A stretch of DNA of 64,000 bases from contig JAWMAR010000421.1 of NCBI GenBank assembly GCA_036785375.1, positions 1,364,001 through 1,428,000 on the forward strand. Direction: 5' to 3'. Source of the stretch: Leucoraja ocellata. Lineage: Eukaryota. Each line of letters opens with the position of its first letter. The stretch's first letter is position 1. The position numbers and the translations under genes are program-made. The notes beneath the pieces were generated by a model. It was not told where the DNA came from. It saw only the letters and a program-made list of their open reading frames with translations, and did not search any database. Shown in pieces: positions 38,434-51,849 of this stretch.

Positions 38434-38654
38434 GGGCTGTCCCACTTAGGCGATTTTTCAACATGTTAAAAAATGTTCGCCGACAGTGGTGACAATCTGG
38501 GCACTCAAAGGTTGTTGTAGGTGCTGTCGTAGGTTGTCGCAGGTTAACGTAGGTTGTTGCCAGGTGATGTAGGTTGTCGCCGGTGCTGACCTGTGAATTC
38601 CATTGCCCTAGTTGCTGGCAGTCGTCTAAAAAATCGCCTAACTGGGACAGGCCC
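38434..38654. mobile_element. Non-autonomous DNA transposon (MITE), Harbinger-like TIRs
   Basis: TIRs GGGCTGTCCCACTTAGGCGATTTTT and AAAAATCGCCTAACTGGGACAGGCCC; internal GTAGGTTGTCGC subrepeats. No clean TSD. Confidence 0.8.
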
Positions 38655-39752
38655 AGGATCACAGGTAGTAACAACTATCAAGGTGAGGCATTATCAAAAA
38701 AAATATCAGCAGAAGCAGATAAGAAGCTAGCAAACACAGTGTGTAATCAGATAGCAGATAATAATTCTTGCCGAAATAGTAGCTTGTGAAGTTTGTGATT
38801 AACCATGCCTTTCTGATACCGGAAATTATATATACATATACATTCTTTGCATCTGCTAAATACACCACAGTGACTGCGTTTTACCAGTCATGCAAGATAC
38901 ACCAAAGCTCAGAACATATTTTCTGTAATTTCCTCTTCTTTTAATATAATACAGCTTTGGAAGTGAAAGCAGATTTTATTTGGACCCCTAGATGCAGAAT
39001 AATATCTAAATCTGGCGTGGAAGAAAAAAAACATGGTATTTGAACTCTACAACATAGGATGTTAGATTACTAATATAAACATGATATTTCAAGATATATC
39101 ATAATTAAGGAAATACTGATTCACAATAAGGATTAACCCACAAATAAATTGCCTTAAAAAAGAAAGCCAATTCTACTTCCATCATAATGAAATTTTCATA
39201 AGCACAGGACTGGAAGGGCTGGGAGGGTTTGACATCATTTCATAACCAAAACAATGCAGCTATGTCAATATGGAACAGGCGTTTGGACAGATTTCAATGG
39301 GAAAATATGGCATTCTGATAGTGATGACATTAATGTTACAATAAGTTGAGGTCTACTTGTTAAAAATTATTTTCCCATCTGCTGTCATTTGACAAGTAAT
39401 TATTTCCGAGTCAGTAGGAAAATTGGGAATCTCTAAGGTTTGAAATCAGTGCATAGTGTTAGGAAATCTTTATGGTGTCTCCAGAACTCTGGTTCTATGT
39501 AGTTTTCAATGTAGACAGTCCCTGGGTAATGACAGTTCCTGGGAACTGTCTGAATGTCAATTATCCCACATATCTATTTTTTCATAATAGCCCAAATTGT
39601 ATCTACAGACACGTGCTATTATTCTTTAATTTCATTGACTATTCATCCTAACACTATCTATAATTAAATTAAGGAAATATATATATGAATGAATGCAGCA
39701 AAACAATCTTGAAAACTGCTTTAAAAATGTTTGGGAGCATTTGTAGCGAGTG

Positions 39753-39833
39753 GGATTTGTATGTGAGATCATCTTTAACCTCGGGATACCCTAGGATTTG
39801 TATGTGAGATAATCTTTAACCTAGGGATACCTA
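39753..39833. repeat. 41/40-bp tandem duplication
   Basis: GGATTTGTATGTGAGAT(C/A)ATCTTTAACCT(C/A)GGGATACC(C)TA occurs twice. Confidence 0.9.
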
Positions 39834-41299
39834 GGGTGGCCTTGGCTTGGAGACCAATGCTCCAAAGGAGAACAGTCCCCAGGTTATTGTAAAGGTTTTG
39901 TTCCTGAGAATTGTTCATAAACTGTTTTTTCCATGTCCGAAATGAACAATTTCAATAATGTTGATTATCATGAACATTTATTTATTGCCATACCCTGCAT
40001 AGTTACAATGGTACAGAATCAGAATGTCACGTGACTAGTGGCTAGTTTCAGTGGCCTTAAACTGTAAATGGATGTCACATTGTTTGATAAAGTATTTTAC
40101 AAGATGAATAAAAGAGATCGCATTGTCAGTTTCCAAACCACATCTCTTAAATTGCCTCCTGCCATGAACTGGCACCTGCATTCTTAACAGACAATGGTCC
40201 CTGATTACTGCAGGAAGGTTACATGTAAACATTTTTTGAAGACTGGTTGTATTTTGAATTATCATTATTCTATAACTCCTGTAGTTATTTCCATTTTTCT
40301 AACCAACTTTCCTATTCTAAATATTCTTGAAATGTTTATGGGAGAATTTGCGAAAAGTTGGATTTCTGTAAATTGGACATTCCGTAATCGGGCATCCGTA
40401 TAGTTTATGGGAAGGAATTCTGAGTGTGACCCCCATTGCTTTTTTGCAGTTGATGGTAGTGAATATCTGGTGCACTTGCTGCAGTTGGAAGAATGGAATG
40501 TTGAGTGAAATCATTACAATGCAGTTCATTATAGGGAATGAAAATTATAGGGAATGTTGGCTGGGTGACTCCTGCAGTCAATAGAAAGAGGTTGGGTGAG
40601 AGTTCAGTACCACCTGTAGTTGATAGTAGAGAACACCACATGTGGGACCATGCAGTTGATAGTAGGAAATGTCTAGTGCTTTCAAGAGAGAGTTAGATAG
40701 AGCTCTTAAAGATAGCGGAGTCAGGGGATATGGCGAGAAGGCAGGAATGGGGTACTGATTATGGATGATCAGCCATGCTCATATTGAATGGCGGTGCTGG
40801 CTCGAAGGGCCAAATGGCCTACTCCTGCACCTATTGTTTATTGCAACACCAGCACACTCTTTAGTAAGTGGAAAAAAGTTTGAGTATGTGACCAGTGCCT
40901 CCTCTAATTGATGGTGGGAGATGTAAGGTACAACACCTCTACATCTGATGGAGGGGAAAGTCGTCGAAAACAGCAGCCTCTACAGTCAATGGACAGAACA
41001 TGGAGTGAGCCCAGAGCCCCAGCAGTTGATAGACCATAGGTAGGAGAAGTATGCCATTTAGCCCCTCATGCTTGGGATCTGTTAAATGAACAGTTTCTGC
41101 CTCATGTCATTTTCTTTATCAATATTCCTATTCCCTCCTTTGTCATAAGCAAAAATAGAAATATTACATTTGGACCCTATAGCTAAATAGGTGATATAAA
41201 TTGTGAATACTATTGTTGGGATCTGAGCACCAATCGCTGCAGTACCCAATCTGTCTCAAAATACCAAATGGAGATTGACCTGGCCTACTGAATTTCCTG

Positions 41300-41720
41300 G
41301 TTGCTAACCATTTCAACTACTCTCCACATTCCCATACTGACCATCTTACTCAGGGCCTCCTCCATTGCCAGAGGGGGACCACATGTAAACTGGATGAACA
41401 GCACCTCATATTACACTTAAGTAGCTTACAACCCAACGGTATGAACATTGGATTCTCCAGTTTTAGGTAACCTCTCACTAGGTAACCTCTCCCCCCCCCA
41501 CCCCCACCTCTCCACCCCCACCTCTCCCCTCCCCTTCTGCTAGTTTCCTGCATCTAGCTCTGCTATTCACAACTCCAACCCTGTTGCACACCCCATGCAT
41601 TTATCTCTGGCCCTTGTTCCAATCATCTGCCTATCAAAATCCCCCCTCACCTGTGTCCATCTATAGCCTGCCACTTTGTTTTGCCTCTCACCTCTTCTAG
41701 CTTTCTTCTTCCCCCTCCTC
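41300..41720 (+). mobile_element. Penelope-like element fragment (GIY-YIG C-terminus)
   Basis: Decayed VANHFN...GLLHCQ...KLDEQHLILHLSSLQPNGMNIGFSSFR*, homologous to 50900-51090, followed by a C-rich 3' UTR. Confidence 0.75.
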
Positions 41721-42708
41721 ATATCCTTAATTATAGATTTTCTACTGCTGACATCAGGTTGACAGATCATTAATCCCTTATTTTGTCTCATTCATTTCTT
41801 AAAAAAAGGGGATCACATTTACTACTATATTCTGCAGGAATCATTACAGAGTTTGTCAGATCTTGAAAGATGATAAGCAAAGTTTATATTGTCTCTTCAG
41901 TCATCATTTTCAAACCTTTGTGGTGGATGAGCAGGTCCTTACTTTTATTTTAATTTTAAAGTTCACTAACTTCTCTGGAATCATTTCTTCATTCATATCT
42001 ATTTTTTATTTGCTTATGTGCATGGGACCCTTGGTTCTTTAGGAGATGTGTTTGTAACTATCTTCAAGGAAGACACAAAGTATTTGTTAACTTTCTCTAC
42101 CATTTTTTTATTGTCCTTTATAAACTCCCCCCCTCCCTGCCAACAAGGTTTCCCTTGTTATACTCATGCTTTGTGGATATAAGTAGAAGCTCCTACAGTT
42201 TATTTTTACATTGAGTGAGAGACCAGTGCCCTTGCAATCGATGGAAGGAATGTCTGGTGACCCCATAGTCAATTGAAGTAAAGGTCAGGCAAAAGAATGG
42301 AAGTGCTAGCGGACTATTAATAAATATCCCATGTGGTTTGTAACAGGAGACTGACACTCGTTTTCAGATGATAACTAAAATGATTATTGTGTCAACTGCA
42401 GCACCAAAAGGCAATGAGGTGCTTAATGGGAAATGACCAGTGTCTTCTGTAATCAATATAATAGAATGTCACATATGGTCAATATGAGAAGCCCTTATTG
42501 TTAATTTCATGACCCCGATACATTTGAATTTCATCCTTATTTGGAACAAGATTTGATTGGTTTGTATCCATCACATATAATCAAGGTGACCCAGCCAGCC
42601 CAATTCGATGTATTGAATCACTTTAAAGAAAAACATTGTACTTGTTAAACTGGAATTAGTCTTACTTATCCAAAAGATCCATAAAATGAAGATAAGATCA
42701 ATGTGTTG

Positions 42709-44415
<1,707 letters not shown>

Positions 44416-44929
44416 CTAATACTGTCTTCGATGCACACACATTGTATATAATGTCCTATCATTTATCTGTGTAGAGTTACAAATTATAGATATTACAGGG
44501 ATCCTGGATTAGGGTCGAGGGATCAGGCAGGAAACAAAGACCAGATCTACTAATGATCTTACTAAGTAGAAGAGTAGCACGAGGGAACGAGGCCACTTCC
44601 ACTCCTGTTCTTACGCAGTTTCATTGCTATTTATATACCGTTGGCTGATACTCTAGTACAGTGATTAGGGAGAGCTTAAATGGATGCCTTGTCTATTTTC
44701 TCAGATGACTGTCTTATAAGGAATGGTCAGACAAGCCATGCTTGTATCTACAGGAGTTTAGAAAGGTGAAGGGGATATGACAGAAACATTAGATGTTGAG
44801 GAATCAGGACAGCTTGGTGTGAAGAGAGAAACTATAACTAGGACTGTTTAAAAATAGAAAGTCATTATTTGAGTTAAAGATAAAGTGAATTATTTTATCT
44901 CAGGTGGTCGCAAGTCTTTGAACTCATTC

Positions 44930-45320
44930 TCAAGGGAAACCATTCATCATCCCAGTTAAGCAACTTCATGACTCAAAAACTGTCATCTATGATTTAAAAT
45001 CTTTCCATTGTCTATATTCTCCACCAGGTGTTCAATCCTCATGACTTCTCCACTCTCCTCTTGATAATCCCAAATTTAACCCATCCTCCGGTGGCAGTCA
45101 ACCCTTTAGCTACTTGCACCTGGAGCTCTGGAATTCCTCCCCTCAATCTCTCTGCCTCTCGTTTTACACATTTATTTTAATCCATCACTCAGACTGTCTC
45201 AAACCCACTTGTGCTAATATCTCCTGAGAGAGCCTGGTGACGTTTTTCCTTTGATAATAACCTTGTGAGATGACTGGTCAATTAACCAATTAAAGGCACA
45301 ATATAAATGGAAGTTATTGT
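44930..45320 (+). mobile_element. Old L2-clade LINE 3' fragment
   Basis: Decayed cctttagctac...ccctggagctctggaattcctcccctcaatctctctgcctct...taaaggcacaatataaatggaagtt tail. Similar pieces at about 4700-4870, 14690-15010, 58700-58890 and 61440-61780. Confidence 0.55.
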
Positions 45321-46071
45321 CATAGAAATTCCATTGTTTTCCTTGCATAATGACAAGAAATACTTACTACAACACAGAAGGAGGTGATGCAGCCATCAGG
45401 TCCATGCAGCAATTCCAGCAGTACCATTCTTCCTCCCTATTTCCCTGCAATCTTGCAATTTGCTCTCATTCTCATCTACCCCACACACACACACACACAA
45501 AATTTGATGGTTTGCCATTTACCTATCGTCAGGGGTAATTTATAAGTGCCAGAATGTCTTTGGGATATGGGAGGAAAATGGAGCGCTGAAAGGAAACTGA
45601 CATGGTCACAGGGAGAACATGCAAACTTCACACGGACAGCACAGGAGGTCAGGATTGAACCCGGCTTGTTTTCAATCCTGCACTACTGTGCTGACCTTGA
45701 CAGATGAATGACGAGATTTACATACTTATTTTTTGAAAGATTCAAACTGAGGACACAAGAAAATTAATTAGTAATTGTGCTTGTACATTTCTTCTTGGAG
45801 TGGTATGTCTGCAGCCGGCTCCCTTTATTGTTTCTGCCCAATTGGAACTGTCTGTACTGGTTAATCCTGACCTGTGCTGACACTCATTAAATAGAGTTGA
45901 TAGCCACGGTTAAGTAAAATACTTCAGCGGTAGGGTAAGCATCATCGCATTTCAGTGCAGCCTAATTATATTAAAACTGTGATCACGTTCAAGTGGATGC
46001 AATCGGGTATAAAGCAACAGAATATCAGTCAAGTCCCAATGGTTTGGATGAAGCTACTTTCCATGTTTTGG

Positions 46072-46085
46072 ACAGTAGATGGCGC
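46072..46085 (+). promoter_or_regulatory. Candidate CTCF site
   Basis: ACAGTAGATGGCGC versus core CCASYAGRKGGCRS (1 mismatch), in unique CpG-retaining sequence. Confidence 0.4.
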
Positions 46086-47716
46086 AGCTGTTCATGTGAG
46101 CAGCAAGATTAGGGAAATGCACACGCGTTTGCCCTTAGGATGTTGCCGCCGTTGCTGATGTTGTTGTCCGTAACTCATTCTCAAGTGAGACCGTGACATC
46201 TAGTCTACAATGTTGCGATGAGTACGGAGATGGCTGATTTGACCAATCGAGGCTCGAAACTTTCTTTCACACAGGTTGAAGTGGTGGAAGGATGCTGCAG
46301 CATCAGTGGTTCCAGAATCACTGCTAATGTTAGAATATTGCACTGTATTGGACCATACCCTTTAGAGGGGCACAATGTATAGTATAGTATAACAAAGTTG
46401 TTGGAAATAGTCTAGTACGCTAGGCAAATCAATCCAGGCGCAGTAAATGTCAAAATGCATAATAATCAATCTTAATTTTAACCTCTCCAATCGAATTGGA
46501 ATTAATGTTGTTAGGTTTGAATGAACCAGTTGTGACAGTTTTACTTGTTTACTGGCTCCGTGAATTTCAGAATCCTTGTTCTCATTTATAATCTTTCTGC
46601 CTCGCCATTTCTTTAACTCTGTTTAGTGGAACCATAGACCTGTTAAATGATCAAAGGATAACACCAAGCCACCCAGTCGGCTGGTTACCCAATCTTTTCA
46701 TGGAGCCTTGAAATTTACTTTTCCATAAATTATCCGTTTTCCCTCAACAGATTTCCTAAATAATTGACTTTTGAAGGCCCTCGGAGCCTGTTTTACACCG
46801 CCCATACAGGCAGCGAGTTCCAGACCAGAACCGCTCACTGCTCCCAAATGAATCCCGCCGTCTCTTTAAATTCGTGTCTCCTGCTCTTTGAACCAGTTGA
46901 CACTTGGAACAAATTTTCTGCATTCGTCCCATGTAAAAGAATCATGATATGGCGCACCTCTGTCAGGTCTCCTCTCAACTTGTCTGCAGACGGGGGAACA
47001 ACAACAGCTTCTCCAGACTAACCTTAGAGCTGGAATCTTTCATCCCAGAGTGGTTGTATCGCCAAATCCTCTTTGGTTTAGCACAGCTATCTCCCGTCCC
47101 TTCTCCCGCTTGGTCACCATCTCCTGAGCCCTCACTCTGTGAAACACCAATCGGTGAAAGGAAAAGGTCGCCTGTAAAATGCCAATCCTGCGATAGGCAT
47201 TAATTGACGAAAATGTTCTTCATTTTCTTAATAATGTTCTGGTCCATTCTGCACTTTATTTCAATTAAAGTATTTAATTGTAATTAAATATAAATTTTAA
47301 CATTATAATAACCCACCGGAGCTAAAAACTAATTAATTTATACAGGAAAATATAGGGAATGGAAATTAGTTAATTAAATTCAGAACATTAGCACTGATTT
47401 GAATTGGATATTCAGAATTACAAAATGAACATGCAAACCAAACAAAAAGGAAAGTCACTATCTTTACCCTAACAGCCTGATATTGAGAAGGGTGTGTCGG
47501 GCATCAGATACAGAGGCTTTGACTGTGAGGATGTGAAAAGCAAAGACAAGAGGAACCGAATATCTTGTGGTGGGGACCGACAGATATCGAGGTAGATGGA
47601 GACAGACAGACAGAGACGTCGAAGAAATATAAACGGACAGGCGGGGAAACAGAGGATACGCATACCAGAGACTAACCAGGAACTAACTGTGGCTGTTGAT
47701 AAATCGTTAGGGAATG

Positions 47717-47737
47717 GTCGCTGTCCACGGTGCTGAT
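47717..47737 (-). promoter_or_regulatory. RE1/NRSE (REST binding site) in ANKRD34C intron 1
   Basis: Minus strand ATCAGCACCGTGGACAGCGAC versus consensus TTCAGCACCnnGGACAGCGCC; both half-sites are intact with the canonical 2-nt spacer. Confidence 0.8.
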
Positions 47738-48842
47738 TTCACAACAATACCACTATCCCTTTCATTCACTAGGCTCTGGGTCTAGAATTACCCTTCTTCC
47801 GTCCCTGCTCACCCCTCTCCAACATCTTGCCGCTCACATAGAACCCTTGAAACTTTAACTCTGCATCTCTCTCCGCAGATGCTGTCTGACCCGCTGAGAA
47901 TATCCTGCACTGTCTATTTCTATTTATTGGGCTCCATGCAGCCTCTCACTACCCCCACCTCAATCCTGCAGTTTGCCTCCTTCCAAATCCCCTTGGTACC
48001 TCTACCCTGCCTTCCTGTGCTGGGGACGCCTCGTGTACTACCCGCATTGTGCTGCGGGCAGCCTGTTTACCATTCGCTAATGTGCTCGCTCTAATTATTG
48101 TGCAGGCGCTCACTCCTGTTGCCTTTCAGTGTGGGAACCAGATAGCGCAACGTCAATCCTCCAGCCTTGTGCGAGCGGCAGGGGTTTTGAACCAGTGACA
48201 AGGGTTCTCGTCTCTGATTCCCTAGACCCACTGGGGCAATGCCGAGGGGGAAATCATCCCGTGGGCATTTGCGGGTAAAGAAAGGGCGTGTTCAGGATTC
48301 GGGGGAGGGAATCGACAAGAATGGTACAGAAGTCCAATATTTCCAGCGACCAGTTCTCCAGGCTGTTTCCCGAGCCCCCATTTGAATGACTCGTTGTTGC
48401 TTCAACCCGGGTCAGTAAACTGCAGGTCTCTTGATCGGAGGGAAAATCCCGCCACAGAAGTATCAATTGGTAAATGTCGCGGACACCCGGTCGTACCCCT
48501 GAAGACATTTGAAAGTGTAATCCTCGGCGAGAAAAGCAACTCTCTCGGACTAGACAGAGTTAAAAGCACGCCTACACCAAAATGCTTTGCTGTTGCCGAA
48601 CTCCGCAATATCTCCCCCCGGGGGACAGAGCTAAGGGAGGGGGAGCGGGGACTGCTAACTGGAAAACTAAATACATATTTAAAAAAATTACATTTAGCTA
48701 TCTAGGCTGCTCACACAGAGATCGTAACAGATTATCATTCTTAAATCGTCGATAGACATTACATTTAATAGCCCTTAAAATTGCCTCTCTATTCCATGTT
48801 TTTAAAATGATGTTTTAAAGGGTGGGAAATAAGCAGACTTAC

Positions 48843-49175
48843 GCGTTGGGACGGAGCTCGACATCGCTGAGGCGTTGAACAGACCATGGTGTCTCTCTCT
48901 GCCTGTTGAAATCGCTGAGAGCCTTGTTCAATGTTGCTATTTAATCCAAAAATAAAACATCAAGAAGTCGATGTATTTCCCGACTGCGGCAGCACGGGGA
49001 GGGGAGAGGAGGGGGAAGCAATGTGTGCAGGGTTGCGATCGTAGCTCCGGCAGGTAGAGGATTTTATTTACATGTTGAAACGGGAGGTGATGAGTGGAAT
49101 CTTGCAGGTGAGACCTGCCGGTGGTGTTGCCCCTCGCGGGTCTGGACAGCGTTGTTTTGGCTTGTGCTGTGTTTA
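48843..49175 (-). other. ANKRD34C: Probable first exon of ANKRD34C (5' boundary estimated from the TATA box)
   Basis: CpG-rich unique sequence ending in donor CGC|GTAAGT (48843/48842). TATAAA lies about 30 nt upstream of the estimated start. Phase is compatible with the 44369 acceptor. Confidence 0.6.
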
Positions 49176-49199
49176 GGGTGAGCTCAGATGGAGAGATAG

Positions 49200-49290
49200 G
49201 GTTTATAAATATCCGTTTCTTTCATTTGTCAGAAGAAGTACGATAGCGTGCGCGTCATGAACGTCATCCCCCAAATAAGCACGTAACCGG
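49200..49290 (-). promoter_or_regulatory. ANKRD34C core promoter candidate: TATA box plus two CRE half-sites
   Basis: Minus-strand TATAAA at 49202-49207; TGACG at 49253-49257 and TGACGT at 49261-49266. Confidence 0.5.
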
Positions 49291-49959
49291 TGTAGAAAGT
49301 ATTTTTGCCCCTCTGTTCTTAACATCTTCTAAAAATTACTCTTCTGTGGAAATATCACCTCCTTGTCAAACGTAATCAGTCACGAAGTGTCTGCTGGAGG
49401 GAGGGGCTGTATTCAGGTCATTAAGATAAGAACTTTTGAACAGTTAAACATAATTTGCCTGGGAATTGCTTGCTTTTCAAAGAAGGAATGGTCCGGGAGA
49501 GGTCTGCACTTTTATCCCACTCATGAGGCACTGGGCAGCTCGGGATGGTCAGCAGGTGGTTTTGACGTGAAGGGGGCAAGAGGCGAGGTTGGCCGGGCGG
49601 TGGATGTTTAATCCTCCCGCCTATGGTGTGCAGTCACATTGAGGCAAACTCTCGTCTCAGTTCATCTGATGACACTGGTAGGGTATTACAAATGGACCTT
49701 ACGCAGATGTCAGCCATTCTCTTAAGATCCGTTGAAAGGGTCTCCGAATCACAACTTGACGAAGACCAGACAAAGTATCCTGGGTGATTATTGTCCCATT
49801 TGATGTTCTTTCGTCTGCGACCGTGTCATGAGAGTCTCTGAAACACTCTACGGATCGGCTGGGAGGGAATGCACACTCGTTGCCTTTAGGGCATTTCTCT
49901 GTCCACCCCGACTGCTTACAGTCCAGAGAAGCGTCACCACGCTGCACAAGAAGGGAGCA

Positions 49960-50677
49960 AAGCAGAATAGTGGAACTATAGGCCAGTAAGTATGAGTTCA
50001 GTGGTTGGTAAGATTTTAGTCCATTAGAGGCCATTATAAAGGATGAGGTTACGGAATAGGCCGAGGTCAGCATTGCTGGACAAATTTGCTGGAATTCTTT
50101 GAAGAAGTAAATAGCAGGACAGACAAAGGAGTGTCAGTAGACGTTGTTTACTTAGATTTTCAGAAAGCCTTTGATAAGGTGCCGCACAGTTAGGCTGCTT
50201 AGGAAGATGAGAGCCCACGGTGTCAAAGGGCAGATACTAGCGTAGAGAAAGCAGGGACTCTGCAGAAGGACTTGGACAGGTTGGGTGAGTGGACAGAGAA
50301 GTGGCAGATGGAATATAGTGTAGCAAAGTGTGGAGCCATGTATTTTGGTTGTAGGAATAAAGGCGTAGACTATTTTTAAAAAGGGGCGGGAATCCAGAAA
50401 TCGGAAACGCACAGGGAATTGGTAGTGCTGGTGCAGGATTCCCAAAAAGTTAAACTGCAAGTCAAATCAGTAGTGAAGAAAGCAAACTCAATGCTAGCAT
50501 TTATTTCAAGAGGGCATGCATACAAAAACAGGGATGTCATGCTGAGGCTCGATAAGACGCAGGTAAGGCCGCTTTTGGAATATTGTGAGCAATTTTGGGC
50601 ATCATTTCTGAGCAAGGATGTGCTGGCTCTGGAGAGGGTCCAGAGGAGGTTTACAAGAAGGATCCCAGGAATGAGTA
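49960..50677 (+). mobile_element. CR1 RT fragment with internal deletions, ending at the Penelope-like element
   Basis: NYRPVS, YLDFQKAFDKVPH, VKKANSMLAFISRG, VRPLLEYCEQFW, LERVQRRFTRRIPGM. Confidence 0.92.
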
Positions 50678-50681
50678 GTGT

Positions 50682-51461
50682 TTAAGAAAGAACTGCAGAT
50701 GCTGGAAAAATTGAAGGTAGACAAAAATGGTGGAGAAACTCAGCGGGTGAGGCAGTGTCTATGGAGCGAAGGAATAGATTTCGGGTCGAGACCCTTCTTC
50801 AGAGTGATGTGGAGGTGTGGGGGTGAGAAGAAGAAAGGAAGAGGCAGAGACAGTAGGCTGTGGAAGAGCTGGGAAGGGGAGTGAAAGGAGGGAGAAAGCA
50901 AGGACTACCTGAAATTGGAGGTCAATGTTCATACCGCTGGGGTGTAAACTGCCCAAGTAAAAAATATGAGGCGCTGCTCCTCCTGCAGTAGGACTCTGCA
51001 GTAGGACTCACTCTGGTCATGGAGGAGGCCCAGAACAGAAAGGTCGGATTCGGAATGGGAGGGGGAGTTGAAGTGCTGGGCCACTGGGAGATCAGGTTGG
51101 TTAGTGCGAACCGAGCGGAGGTGTTGGCCCGAAGCGATTGCCAAGCCTACGCTTGGTCTCACCGATGTAGAGCAGCTGACACCTAGAGTAGCGGATGCAA
51201 TAGATGAGGTTGGAGGAGGTGCAGGTGAACCTCTGCCTCACCTGGAAAGACTGCTTGGGTCCTTGGATGGAGTCAAGGGGGGAGGTAAAGCGACAAGTGT
51301 AGCATTTATTGAGGTTGCAAGGAAAAGTACCGGGGGAGGGGGTGGTTTGGGTGGGAAGGGATGAATTGGGAAGATCATCCCATCTCCTCTCTTTTCGACT
51401 TTCCACAGAGACCGCTCCCTCCGTAACTCCCTGGTCAATTCGTCCCTTCCCACCCAAACCA
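50682..51461 (-). mobile_element. Penelope-like element 3' fragment (GIY-YIG endonuclease remnant plus pLTR) with an inverted 5' segment
   Basis: Translation FPCNLNKCYTC...RQRFTCTSSNLIYCIRYSRCQLLYIGETKRRLG and VAQHFNSPSHS...EEQRLIF matches the PLE GIY-YIG domain; frameshifted. Terminus carries CTGAAGAAGGGTCTCGACCCGAAA. Confidence 0.9.
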
Positions 51462-51845
51462 CTGCAGAGGTGGAGTTGGATTCACTGGAGATGGTCTTGG
51501 AAGGGAGGATGCTCAAACTGCAGAGCATCTTGGACAATACAGCTCACACCCTCCATGACACACTGGTCAACCTGAGAAGCACCTTCAGCAACAGACTTGT
51601 TCCACGAAGATGCAGCACAGAATGCCACAGGAGATCCTTTATCCCTGTGGCTATCAAACTGTGCAACTCCTCCCGCTTTTGCCATGGGGTAGACTAACTC
51701 CCCTTCCCCCTCCTCAATCTTTGCACATCCCCAATCCTGGACTTTGCACTCGTCATTTTAATTTCATGTTTCATGTATCTTGTTGTGTTTTATGACTGTT
51801 GGCAGACCAATTTGCCTCCTGGGATAAATAAAGTTCTCTCATATT
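51462..51845 (+). mobile_element. Rex1/Babar-like LINE 3' end
   Basis: LQSILDNTAHTLHDTLVNLRSTFSNRLVPRRCSTECHRRSFIPVAIKLCN resembles the Rex1-type RT C-terminus; tail cctcctgggataaataaag. Confidence 0.75.
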
Positions 51846-51849
51846 GTAA

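Noticed and set aside
45625-45645. CACGGACAGCAC, an RE1-like half-site (also GGACAGCACC near 61568)
   Set aside because: Right half-site only, and both lie within repeats.
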